Shown in pieces: positions 37,201 to 49,949 of a stretch of 64,000 nucleotides of DNA; position 1 is the first letter of the stretch, and each line of letters begins with the position of its first letter. The stretch spans positions 48,952,478-49,016,477 of the forward strand of contig NC_133618.1 of NCBI RefSeq assembly GCF_048593235.1. The letters are read 5' to 3'. The notes below the pieces were generated by a model that searched no databases, was not told the DNA's origin, and worked only from the letters and a program-made list of their open reading frames with translations. Source of the DNA: Sminthopsis crassicaudata (Eukaryota). A program made the position numbers and the translations under genes.

Positions 37201-39199
37201 AGGAGCGTATTTGCGACTCAGAGAGGGATAGACGCTTCCCTACAAGTCTGTGTGTGTGGGAGTCTGCTTGCATATGGGAAGGAAGAGCATAACCCTTTAA
37301 TTAGAAGAATATATAGATTTTAATACATAGCAGTCATCTCCTAAAATTAGGTAATGGAGCCCAAACAACAGATAAACAGACAGTTGCATTATTAAGAAGT
37401 AAAAACCCTAAGGAACACTGCAGTCTTTCTCACTACCAGAGTACACACAGTGTTGGTTAATCTGTACATGCACAGGGGAGATAGACCAATCCCTTAATTA
37501 ACCAACATGCATTTATTAACTGTCCACTACATACCAGGCTCTGAAGGTACAAAGACAGACATGCAACAGCTTCTGCCCTCGAGAAATTCCCAATTTAGTA
37601 ACTTTATGGAGGGAATACTGGACTCCAAAGACCTGAGTTCAAGTCCCAGTTCAATCAGTTCTAGGTGATCTTGGGTAAATGACTTAATATGCCTGAAATC
37701 CTATTTTCCTCTAGGAAATGAGAAAACAACCCTTCTTCTACAGGTCTCAAGGGTTACTGCCTCTCAGATACAATGATGTACATATGCCATGTAAATGTCA
37801 GCCGTGCTTTCCCCAGCAGAAGAAATCACTGCAGAGGAGCAGTAGCTTCACCCTTTGAGAGGGAGCTTTCCTTCCCCAGCTGCCTCCGTGTCACCAGCCT
37901 GGGGCCCTGCCCAGTGCTGACAGGCAGCTCCCTGGCACGGGTTCTGGTGCCACGTGCCAAGCCCACAATGCTTCCCGACCTGCCTCCAAACCCGACAATC
38001 GACACCTCCTGCCAGATGGACGGCTTGACGCAGGATGGCGCCTGTCACCGCGGAGCTCAATCGGAGGCGAAGGCTGCAAAATGAATCACTCTGAAGAGGG
38101 ACATGTGTCTCCTGCCAGGGAGCATGAAAAGTGGGGAAAACAAATGGAAGTGACATTTAAAATAAAGGAGGGAGACAGGGCGAGAGGCAAGAGGGAGAGT
38201 GAAGAGGGGAGGCAGCTGGTCTGGAGCTTGGGAGCCCAGGGGGCCAGGGAGAGGCTCAGGGCGGGCATCCTCGCTAACCTGGATACCCGAGAGTGAGGGC
38301 ACCTGGCGTCCCAGGAAGATCGGCTCACAAAGCCAAAATCACAGGTGACCCAGAGAATAAAGGAGACGTATGGTCACAAATAGTCACCCTCCTTTGGCTC
38401 AGAGACCGGAGGCTGTGGATAAATGTCCTCAAAGCACCAAACAAAAAGGCTTAGAGGGATGGCAGCTGTATGATCCTAGATGGGAGCTAGGGAGAAAGGG
38501 AATGTTGAGAACTCTACCTAATAAATTAATTTTGTAGGTATGAAAACTTTTTAACTTAATATAATCAAAATTAGCTGTTTTGTGTTCAATAATAAACTCC
38601 AGTTCTTTGGCCACTAATTCCTTCCTTGTCCACAGATCTGAGAGGAAAACTACCCTTTAAAGGAGAACATTTGCAACACACAGGATCTAATCAAAAAGAT
38701 CTGCAATGTCTGGTTAGCATCTGCCAAAGACGATGAACAGAAAATAGAACGGGTCTCTGGACCAGTCTGTCTCTAGTGCTTGTTTAGACCAGCTCAGTGA
38801 TGGGTGAGAACCTGCTCGTCCTAAGAAGGTCCTGTCACAGTGCTTGGTCTCTACCAGCCCACCTCCATCTCACTTCTTCTTCTTCTTCTTCTTTTTTTAT
38901 TTTTGTATTCTTAGTTCTTGGTACACAGGAAACCTTTCATAAATGTTCTATTTAAACCACCGCCACTTGACACTATTTTTGTATTGCAGACTGTGTTTTC
39001 ACGGACTGAGGTCACTGGGGGCCTGGGAGTGTGTCTCCTAATCTGTGACAGAATGGGCCATGCAGTTCAACAACAAGCATTTGCAATCGGCCGACTACCT
39101 GGAATAGGTATTGCAGAGGAGGTGAAGATGAGACCCTCTCCTCCAAGAGCTTATAGGCTGGCAAGCACGGTAACAAAAGCAAAAAAGTAACTAAAACAA

Positions 39200-39430
39200 A
39201 TGGTGGCCATATGATAGGTGCCACATGCGAGCCTAGGGTCAGGAGGATGAGTTAAAATTCATTTTCAGACCCTCACGAGCTGTGTAAGTCACCTTACCTT
39301 GTTTGCCTCAGTGTCCTCATCTGTAAAATAAGCTGGAGAAGGGAAGGAAAATACTAGAACTCTAGTATTTTCACCAAGAAAACTCCAAAAAGGGTCATGA
39401 AGAGTTGGATATGAATGAAAATGATTAAAT
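39200..39430 (+). mobile_element. Mar-type CORE-SINE
   Basis: GTTTGCCTCAGTGTCCTCATCTGTAAAATAAGCTGGAGAAGG...CAAGAAAACTCCAAAAAGGGTCATGAAGAGTTGGA. Confidence 0.8.
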
Positions 39431-39839
39431 AAAAATGAGAGGTACAAATAAAATGTTACGGGTGTTCACAGGAAGGCAGGGGGGGCAAGGAAGGCTTCAT
39501 GAAAGAGCTGTTGTCTGGGCTGGATCTTAAAGGGTTGGATTTCCAAACGATTTAAATAGGTGGAGATACAGGGCCTGAAGAGAATCTCAGGCAGAGGAAA
39601 GAGGATTAACCTCTGCAGAAGGTCAAGTGCAGGCTGTGCCTGGAGAACCCTCAGTCGCCTCGCTTGACTATGTATATGTATATGTAGGTGCAAAGAAAAA
39701 TAACCCAGAAAAGCAGGTGGAGGCCAAAGCCTTAGACGTCTTAAGGAGTTTGAGCCTTCTTTTATAGACAGTAGTAGCCAAAGACATTTTGTGAAAGAAG
39801 AGGCAAGGGCTGTGGATATGTACTGTTGTGGCTGGGTTG

Positions 39840-40020
39840 TTTCATGACCACCTTTGGGTTTGCCATTTCCTTCTCCAGCTCATTTTACAGATGAGGAAAC
39901 CGAGGCAGACAGGGTGAAGTGACTGGCCCAGGGTCACACAGCTGGTAAGTGTCTGAGACAGGATTTGAACTCACCTTGCCCAGGACTCTCCCTGCTGCGC
40001 CCACCTAGTTGCCCGTGTGT
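39840..40020 (-). mobile_element. Mar-type CORE-SINE
   Basis: GCCATTTCCTTCTCCAGCTCATTTTACAGATGAGGAAAC...CCACCTAGTTGCCC. Confidence 0.85.
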
Positions 40021-40548
40021 ATGTGTCATGAGCAGAAATATCTAGGAAGACCAAATTGGATCAAAGAAGCCAGTGATGGGAAGACGAGATCGAGGACCTG
40101 AGAAAGCATAAAAGGAAGGGACAGAGACACTGGGGTTAGAATTCACAGGATTTTTGTGGCTATGGAGAAAGGGAGGGGACTCGGGAGATGGGAGATTAGG
40201 AAAAGTCCAGGGTTACGGGTTTGAGGTTTATTTACATACCGGTTAATAAAAACAAAAAACCTGCTCAACTGCCAAGTGAAACTAGTAGATTTCCTTTCTT
40301 GAGAGATTTTTGGGCTGATTTAGATTACAACTAGGAAAAAAAAATGTGCTCTGTGCATGTGCATTAGGGGGCTAGAAGCAAATCCACAGGGCCAGCCAGC
40401 CCCACTAGGAAGCCAAGCTGAATTCAGATTACCTGCTGGCTTCAAGCAGCTCTGGTCCAGTAACTCAATTAGAGCATCTGAGTAATGGCATCAATCAACC
40501 GACCAACACTCATTAAGCCCCTCTTGTATACTGTTTTAGAATCTGGGA

Positions 40549-40558
40549 GCGCGCGCAT

Positions 40559-40607
<49 letters not shown>
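40549..40607. repeat. (GC)n-ATGC-(AC)n alternating purine-pyrimidine tract
   Basis: GCGCGCGCATGCACACAC..., 59 bp. Confidence 0.98.
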
Positions 40608-40610
<3 letters not shown>

Positions 40611-43600
40611 TAAAAATGAAAAATCTCCAAAAAAGAAATTGAGGAAAAATTCCCTGCTTCAGGGCTGTTTGGACAGGGAAACCTGCCTGACTGCCACCAT
40701 CCTGAAAAAGACAAAAAGACTGTATAAGAAAAAAAATGAGCAGAGGGATTCCAGTTGTCATTGATTAATAACGCAGCACGGGGCAAAGGGAGAAGGGCAC
40801 CAAGCACCATTTCAGCACCTTTAAAGCACAAGCTCCTCTAGCCTATTCTTCTCCCTTATTGTCTTAGAGCTGATGAGGACCCCTGGAATGAGGTTCATCA
40901 GTAGGGGATTGCTGCGCTGGATGGACAGGCTGCTGTCCAGCTTCACTTTGAGGGGCCGGACAGAGAAGTGCAAAGGGGAAGCAGGACACCGAGGGGCAGC
41001 AAGCCCTCAGCCCTCCTTCCCACCTCTCCCTGTAAGCTGTGTGTGGTCTCTGGAGGGTGGTGGCAGCCGTCCGTGCAGGGTGAGGGTGCTTTGGGGAGCA
41101 TCACGGAGCTCAGGCTGTGACTGTTCAGGACTCGATGCACAGAAAAGACCCGCCATGACCTAGCATGAGCAGGAGACCAGGCTGAAAGGCCAGGAACGAG
41201 TCGATGGCTCTGTAGCCAAGCTTTTATTTTTTTTATGTTACTGCTAGGAGACTTACTACTGTCACGTACATCAAGAGCTTAATAAATTCCTCTGGACATC
41301 AACGATGACCCCTCCTTCCACAGGGCAGCTTTTTCTAGGGATGGAAAAGTGAGTGCGAGCTCAGTGGGTACAAAGCAGAGGGGAGCTTGCGGCTCACTCC
41401 TCCAGTTCAGCTTCGTGTTGTCTGTAGGCTCTGAAGAAAAACAAGCCATAACTCTAAATTGATAGTCACCCTCACTTACCACAATGACTGCCCAAAAAAA
41501 GGACCCAGGCCTGGGGAGCACAAGGAGCCACAGCTGCACCACAGCTCCCAGCCTCAATCAGCCCCTTCCCCTGGACTCACTCTGACCATATGCTTTTCTT
41601 TCCCCAGCACTACCACCACGTATAAAGCAGTGCACTCTCAGGATACCAAGGGCCCCTCTGCACTGCCTGGCTCTCTGTTAAATGTCCTGGCAGCAATGTG
41701 GATGCAATCATTTGCCATTGGTTTTGGCTAATCATGATAGCCCCTGACTGAGCTCCCTTCTACCTCGGTATCCCACGGTGTCTTGTTCTTCCTGCTTTTC
41801 TGGCAGATGATAACCCTGGGAGGATTCCATGCATTTGCATTGAGTTTTATGACCTGGTTAAATCCTCCAGAAAGACAAGCTCAGCTGTGAGAAGTTAACA
41901 GCTCCTTTTCTTTTAAAAAAAATAAAAAGTCTCTTAGCCTGGGTTCTGGATTGGACCTCCAAGTAAGAAAGCATGATTAAACCCTGGGAAGAGCTGCAGA
42001 AAGGAGACCCAAGAATCCCCATCCATGGAGGGTCTATCGTGGAGGTGGATGACCATTTAGCTGGAGACCTTCTTAGCATTGGGGGAAGAATCAGAAGACC
42101 TCAAAGGAAGATCCCAGAGAAAGAGCAGAAAGAACAGTCTGCAGGACCAGGTTTGTCTCACCCTGCTGAGGGGAAATTCACACTCTCAGCCTTCTCTAGA
42201 CCTTCTTTTGGGTACTAAAGGGTTAACGTGTGATTTGCCTTGAATGCTAGACAGACAGCAGAACTTTGCACCTGGGGAGCCGGACTCTGGGAAGCTGTCT
42301 CCAGGAAGGCTCTCCGCCTAGGGTGCTTGAGAAGCAGCCTCCCCCCTTCTCCCTCCAAACCAAAGTAATTGTTTAATCAAAGCAGCAACCGGCCAACCAG
42401 AATCTTCCTTGCCTTTGTTAAACTGTAGTCTTCCAACTGTGATTTTGCAAATCCAGGGGAATCTTTAATTGCCCAGCTGTGCCGCCCCTGATGAAACAAG
42501 GATTCCTACTGTTTGTGAAATCATGTTGGACGCGCCAAAAATATCTTTAGCGCTAAGGAGAAGGAGGCGAATTGGGGTGGGAAGTGATGGGGGAAGGGGG
42601 ACAAGGAGGAAGGTTTCTTGGGTAAATTGGAAATGTTCTTATATTCTATTTGATAGAGGTAAAGCTAAAATTTAATCCGCTTGCCCATTTCTACTTTGCT
42701 TGAAAATTTCCTGCCAAGATTCTCTGCTTTTAGACCCTGGGCTTTGTCCAGAATTGTGACCAGTACCACCTAATAACTAACATCAGTTGTGGGGAGACTA
42801 GTGCCTTGATCCTTGAGAGACTACAGGAGGTCAAGAGAGGATAGAGATCATCAAGCTCTTTCTGGGGAAGAACTGGGAGAGAACATTGGGGAGAGTGAAG
42901 AAGGGACTAAGAACCATGGCAAGTTTAAGCAAAAAGAAGGGAGAAAGAAGGGGGAGATGAGGAGAAGGGAGGAAGAGCAGAGTCTGCTTATCAGACTGTC
43001 TTTAAGAAGGTCTTAGGCGGTGACTGCCTCTGGTGAAGTCTCGTGACGATGCAGACTGACAATAAGGATGCCGACGACCTCCTCATCTCTTGGCACCGAG
43101 GTGGTGGACCAGAAGTGCAGAATGAGGCACACATTTTTAGTATCTGTGAATTCTTTCTATCTGTCTGTCTGTCTATCTGTTTGTTACACGATAAGGCTCT
43201 TATTTGGCAGGGGGTGGATAGGTGGATGGGGGAGGGCGGTCATAGTAATACCAAAAAAGAAAAGTGTGTCAAAGAGTGCAAAGAACAGAAAGAAAGGGAA
43301 CCAAAATAATCACAATCACGTGAAATAGAATACACATCAATAGAAACTCATGGTCTCAATATACAACTTCTTTTTTCGGTTCCCTGGAAATGTTAATGTT
43401 TGTTGATATTAACATCCAGGAGAAGAAAAGAGAGACATTTCAAGAATAAGTGGGCAAAAGCATCCTATGTTTTAGGGGACACTTGGTCTCTTAAGAGGGT
43501 AAGAATCCAAAGAGGGCAGGGAATGGTTCCCTTTGCCAATGCTCATCAGGCAAGTGTGGTCTATGGCAGGGCAGTCACATGGGAGGGAGGAGGGCAGGCA

Positions 43601-44089
43601 GCTTCAAGGCTGAGGCGCTCAGGAGTCAAATTTGCTTTCAAACAAAGACAATTGAGGTCTCTGCACTTCTGTTTTGAGGGTGAAATAGAGCATTAACTCC
43701 CCTCCTCCCCAAGAGTGTTTGCATTTTAGAGCAGGCCTTTGGAACAGAGCTAATTAACAATCTTGCTCCTGATCTGGGGGCAAGAGAGGAATAAAGAAAT
43801 AAGGAATCTGTCTGCTTCTTCACAAATATCCCTTCTCTATGCCTCTCATCCTGAATAATTTATTTCTACAGCTGGATTTACTTTGCATCTCAGTTCCATC
43901 CACATGGATTTCTCTGAGAGAGTCAAACACATTTTTCCCCCTTTGGATTTCTTCTCCAGATTGAGAAAGATATCCATTACTTGTTAACCCCCAAAGGTTC
44001 TGCTTCCAGGATGGACGCCCAATATGTTCCCATTTGTCTGCCCACAATGCTGCATTCCATACTGCAAGTCCAGGTTCCCTGAGGTCATA

Positions 44090-45900
44090 CTAGAGGAAAT
44101 ACTTTCAAATTTGGTTTAAAAGATTTCAGCCCTCAATAGTGAGAATAAGAAGAAGATTTATATCTTTTTAAGTGTAACTTCTATTAGGTACTCAGGGACT
44201 AACTTTTATATTAAGAGGAGAAAATGTGGGGATAGTGGGCAATGCTTGAATTTTACTCTCATTGAAATTGGTTCAGAGGGAAGAATACACGTACACACTC
44301 AGTTAGATATAAAAATCTATTTTTTTCCAATGGGGAAAGAGGAGGAGAAGGGGGTATAAGAAAAGTAGGGGGAGTGGATTAAGGGAGGCAGTGGTCAGAA
44401 GCAAAACAGACTTAAGAGAAGGGACAGGATAAAAAGAGAAAGAGGAGGATAGCAGAAGAAAAAAGGATGGAAAGAAACACATAGTTATTGATCATAACTG
44501 GAGATGAATGTGATGAGCTCAGTGCCCATAAAATGGAAGTAGATAGTAGAATGGATTAGAAGCCGGAATCCAACAATATGTTGTTTACAAGAGACACACT
44601 TGAAACTGAAAAACATATACGATGAGAAAATAAAGGGCTGGAGCATTATCTATCATATTTCAGTAAAAAGTAAAAAAGGGAGGGATAGCAATCATGATCT
44701 CAGACAAAAGCAAAAACAAAAATAGACCTAATTAAAATAAATAATTGAGGAAACTATATTTTGCTAAAAAGTGCCAAAGACAATGATGAAACATCAAAAA
44801 CATTTGAGGTCAAATTTCTCTGATAAAAGCCTCATTTCTTAAGTATACAGGGAAATGATCAAATTTATAAAAATAAGAGCCATTCCCCAACTGATACATG
44901 GTCAAACAATAATAAAGAAATAAAAATTATCTATAGTCATATGAAAAATGTTCTAAATTAGTTAGATTAGATTGTTGATTAGGGAAACGTAAATTAAAAC
45001 AACTCACACCCATGAGAAATGACAAATGCTGGAGGGAATGAGGAAAAATATGTACACTACTAAACTGCTGATGTAGTTGTGAACTGCTCTAATCATTCTG
45101 CAGAACTATACCCAAAATTTGGAACTATACCCAAAGAGTTATAAGACTGTGCATTTCCTTCGACCAGCAATACCATTATTCATTCTGTATCCCAAAGAGA
45201 TTTTAAAAAAAGAAAAAACCTATATGTACAAAAATATTTATTTTACTCATTTAGTATTGATAATGAATAAGAAATTGAGGGGATGCTCATCAGTTAAGAA
45301 ATGGCTGAACAAGTTATGACACATGATTGTGATGAAGTACTTTTGAGTTACAGGGGTTTTAGAAAAAATATGGTGAGACCTACATGAACTGATGCAAAGT
45401 GAAGTGAGAAGAAAAGGGAGATCATTATGCACAGTAACAGCAACGATGGAATGATCAACTGAGAAAGAATGGCTAGTCTGATTAATTCAGTGATCTAAGG
45501 CATTTCCAAAGGCGTCATGATGAAAAAATCCACTTCCATAGATAGAACTGATAAATTCTGACTGCAAATCAAAGTACAATTTTCTTGCTTTTTTTTTTGG
45601 TGATATGGCTAATATCACAATATGTTTTGCATATATAAATGGTATCATTTTTGTTTACCTTCCCAGGGGATAGGATCGAGAGAATTTGGAACTCAAAATT
45701 TAAAAAGAAGGGCAGCTAGATGGTGCAGTGGGTAGAGTACCAGCCCTGGAGTTAGGAGGGCCTGAGTCCATATGTGATCTCAGACACTTAATATCTGTAT
45801 CACCCTGGGCAAGGCCCCTCAAAACAAACAAACAAATTTAAAAAGAAAAGAATGTTAAAAATAAATAATAAAATTTTTAGAAAAGTATAGACTCTATTTA
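44090..45900 (+). mobile_element. Old L1 with large internal deletion and nested WSINE1-type SINE (45710-45833)
   Basis: Endonuclease-start remnants (about 44500-44790, ...GIAIMISD...IDLIK) joined to post-RT and C-terminal ORF2 and the 3' end. SINE TSD AAATTTAAAAAGAA at 45696-45709 and 45834-45847. Confidence 0.8.
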
Positions 45901-46090
45901 CCTGAGCTGGAGAGAAATGGTTGCAGGGCAGGGGGAAGAGAAGGCAAAGGAGGGGTGTTTACCCAGTGAACAATCCCCAAATCATGCTGTTTTACAGTGA
46001 CCCTAGGCTCTCACGTAGGCTGATCTAAAACTGGTTTCGGAGGACGCCAGGAATAATGTGGCATGTGTGGTTCTCAAATAATTTCCATAC

Positions 46091-46202
46091 CTCGCCCATT
46101 CTTTCAGGTCCTTGTAAGAAAGTGACTGGCCTTCACGAAGCTTGACCACGGCAGCAATCCGTTGGCCCCATGTCACATCTGGAACGCCAATGACAGCCAC
46201 GT
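46091..46202 (-). CDS. ACSF3: ACSF3 penultimate exon (human exon 10 equivalent)
   Basis: 112 nt, CTCCTTTTGTCCACAG acceptor and GTATGG donor. Translates (D)[36 protein letters not shown](R), in phase with both neighbouring exons. Confidence 0.97.
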
Positions 46203-46679
46203 CTGTGGACAAAAGGAGTAGCCTGAAGACCCTCTGAAAAACTGAGGATATAATGAATATCTAGAAGGTTTAGCTAATAAATCAAATAATGAACAACATG
46301 GCAGAAAGAATACCTTAATACTGTGCAGACTATTAGAAGAGTTAGCAATATAGTCAGTGTTGGAAGCCCAACTTCCATTACTGTTAGTAATAGCTAACAA
46401 CTAGTATTTACTTAGTGCTTTAATGTCTGCAAGACACTTCATAAATATTATTTTATTTGATCTTCATAACAACCATAGAGGAAAGGGAGGTATTCTTATT
46501 ATTTCCATTTTAGAGATGAGGAAAATAGGGTGAAGTGACTTACTGAAGGTCATGCAACTAATAAGTATCTGAAGCTGGATTTGCACTTGCAGAAATGAGT
46601 CTTCCTCACTTCAGGCCTGGCCTGGAGTCCACTGTGCCACCTGGCTGCCTGTCCTTTCTTATAGAATGGTAATTAATAG

Positions 46680-47110
46680 TCTATTAAATTCATACATTTT
46701 TTCACCATTCTCCCACCAATGTGCATCTGCTTTGTTTCCTGTTCTCTGCTACCACAGAAGGGGCTAAGATAAATATTTTAGTGCCTATGGGGACCTTCTC
46801 TTATCAGTGACTCCCTTGGGGTTTTATGTCTCGTAATAGAATCTCTGAATCAAAGGGTATGGGCACTGTAGCCACTTTATTTGCATAATTCCAAATTGCT
46901 TTGCAAAACGGCTGGACTAAGTCACAGCTCCATCAACAGCATCCAGTGGGCCACAAACCCTCCAGCATGGACTATTTTTCCATCTTTTGTCATTTTTTTA
47001 CCATTTTGTTGGGTGTGAGATTAAACCTCAGAGTTGTTTTGATTTGCACTTCTTTTATTGTTAGCAACTTGGAGCCTGCTTTTATATGATTGGCAAATAG
47101 TCTATAATTC
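46680..47110 (-). mobile_element. Old L1 fragment in ACSF3 intron
   Basis: GGGTGTGAGATTAAACCTCAGAGTTGTTTTGATTTGCACTTC, antisense ORF2 C-terminal region. Confidence 0.7.
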
Positions 47111-49674
47111 TGTTTATTCCTATCTTTTGGTGTACTCAATTGTTCTAGTCTATAGGAATAGTCTGTTTAACAGTTTTTGAAGATCTAGTAAAGAATGAAT
47201 ATAATTTTAAAAGAAGGCAGAGGTATCTTCAAGGTAAAAAATCACCAGTCTCTTTAGTCCCACTTATTTTTAATCAAATCCCCGATTCTTAATCAAAATG
47301 ATACCCCCAAATTTTTAATTCAGCTTCTTCCCCATTATACTAAATAAAATGATTGCTGAATAATTGACCATGACTGAACTTGTAAAGTGACTTTGCTTTA
47401 TTCTCTGGTTTTTCTAGATGACTTTATGGACTTTTAGGACAGTCAGGATGATGATCTAGGATCCAAATTATGACATAGCCATTAATACCATAATCAAAAC
47501 TCTTCAATATTTAAATTTTGATATTAAGAGGCTACAGCATTGAATAATGGCATAGTATTGCTCAAAGAAAAATCCAGGATAGTTATCAGGGTTCTTTTTC
47601 TTTCTTATAAGGTAGCAGCCCTCTATTGAAGCTATGGATGTGCTGGACTTTTGGTCCCTGCAGACTGAAAACAACATAGAGATGCACTGGCATTAGCTGG
47701 TGACATGGGACAGAGTGAGGGTACCTGCTCCTGGATACAGGGTTGGTCAGCAGGAGCTTCAGGGGGAAATGCCCTCCCCTGCCCCAGTCTTTGTTTCATC
47801 CTCAGAAAACCCAAGTCTCTCTAATATAAAATGATGCACAAGGAAGCGAGGAGGACATATATGGTAAGAGATGAGCTAGGACTGCCACCGGCCATCAGGA
47901 AAGACCACAAAACTCGCCAGACTCAGTGGCCTGAGCTGACCAAATCCTGAGCCCTGGTGGTGAGCTGAGGCTCACAGCGGTGCTGCCAGAGAGGTCCAGG
48001 GGGTGGTCACTTCTCCATCAGGGCTTTTACTGATGGTAATTTTCATCTCCTCCCCTGAGTCCCTTTTCCAATGTGATTTTGTTAATGGAGGTATATACTC
48101 TGCAACTTACACTTCACATTTACAATTACATACAATTTATAAATTACATGCAACTTAGGAGATATTAAGAATTTAAGCCTAATAATAATATTATTTTCCC
48201 AATTAACCAACTTTCATTTCTGTAAGATTTTGAGTTCTCTGAACTTACCAAAATCAGTGTTTAGATAGCAGAGTCTTATCACTGAATTTGCCAGATTCAA
48301 ACCCAATGGACTAGCTTAGGGTCCCCTCCCTCTAAGCACAAGAAAACAGTGGAAAAGGAATTTAGTGAAGGTAAAGAATATTGCCATCAGCTCAGAGCAT
48401 AGCCTTTTACCACTGGATATTGAGTGGCGGAATAATATGTCCCAAAGAGATGATCACTCATTGTTGGGATTATTTTAAATGACCAGATTTGATGAATATA
48501 TGGAATTCAGGGAACCATTAGAAGATCTACATGAACTGATGCAGAGCAAAATGAGCAGAACCAAAAGAATATAAGGACTACAACAAAGTAAATGAGAGGA
48601 AGCCAGCTTCAGAATAATAAATAAAACAATGCTAGTCCTGAAGGATAGATAGGATAAGCCCTTCTTTTCTCCCCAGAGAGAGTGAGCTCGTCTAGTGAGG
48701 GGTTACAAAATCCTGTATGTATATATGACAATTGTACCAGGTATTTCTGCTTAAAAAAAAATTTTTTTTTGGGGGGGGAGTGATTATAAAGGAGGATTCA
48801 ATCTGAAAGAGTTCCCCTCCGCAACTGATGATGATGCGAAGACAAATGACATTAACAAAACTTAATTTGTGGTCAAATTTGGCCATGAAGAAGTGATGAG
48901 AAAATGTACTTTTCTCCTTTCTGAAGTGGCACAGATTTCTGGATATGGAAGACTGAATGTATTATCTTTGATGTGTTGGTCAATTTTGCATAACTATCTT
49001 TTAATCTCTCTTCCATTTTATTCTTTCCTATCAGGGATGACTCTGAAGAGGTGACAGAAAAGGTTATTCGCTGCTCCAGAGGAGAGAATGCAAGTTTTGG
49101 AGTTAGGAATCCCTAAGTTTACCTCCTTCTTTGGACATTTGAATACTGGGGCTAACAATAGCAACTATGTCCCAGAGTTGTCATGAGCATCAAATGATAT
49201 GACATAGGCAAAATGCCCCTGCAACCCTTAAAGTGTCCTATGTAACTATAATTATTTTTTCATTTGGAAATGAAGATGGTGTAAAATTTTTAAAAATCAT
49301 TAAAATTAAAGATCACACATTAATTTTTTTAAACTGTAAAAATGAGCCAGTATGGTGGTGCACATAATAGGCACTTAATAAATGTTTACTGATTGATTGG
49401 TTACTATTGGGGGAGGCTGAGGATAGTGCGTCACTTGAGTGTGGGGCTAAAACCAATGAAGTATCTCAATTAAGTCCAATACTCTGGAGAGAAGAGCTAC
49501 CAGGCTGCCTAAGGAGAGGAAAAACAGCCTTGGTTGGAAAAATAGAGCAGGGTAAAAATTCTCTATTTATCAGCCCTGGCACTGGGGCAATAAATGGTTG
49601 CTGCATTTCTAGTCCAGATGAAAGAGAGAGTCCTTTAGATAATTGGACAAGAACCTGGTAGAGTAGACACTTAC

Positions 49675-49809
49675 CCAGGATACTCGGATGGCTCAGTAAG
49701 TGGCGCTCCACTTCCAGAGCACTAATTTTATATCCCCCACTTTTTATGATGTCCACAGATGTCCGGCCCATGATCCAATACCTGTTTTCCTTATATACAG
49801 CTGTATCTC
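49675..49809 (-). CDS. ACSF3: ACSF3 third-from-last exon (human exon 9 equivalent)
   Basis: 135 nt, TTTTTTTGTAG acceptor and GTAAGT donor. Translates (G)[44 protein letters not shown](D), containing the adenylate-forming-enzyme GR..D.IK.GG.K motif. Same length and phase as the human exon as I recall it. Confidence 0.97.
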
Positions 49810-49949
49810 CTACAAAAAAAGAGGCAATCTCTGTTAGTGTTTATTCCTTGAACAACACTGCTTGTTAACTATGTTAAACTTTAGTTTACTGGATAATTAT
49901 ATTAAGTTGAGGTTTTCTTGTCTTAATTGTGGGATTTAACTTGATTTAA

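Noticed and set aside
46003-49771. ORF-track extensions of the ACSF3 exons (MSTDVAV...YGNYLR, MGRTSV...GKCLLY)
   Set aside because: These are read-through into introns past canonical splice sites.
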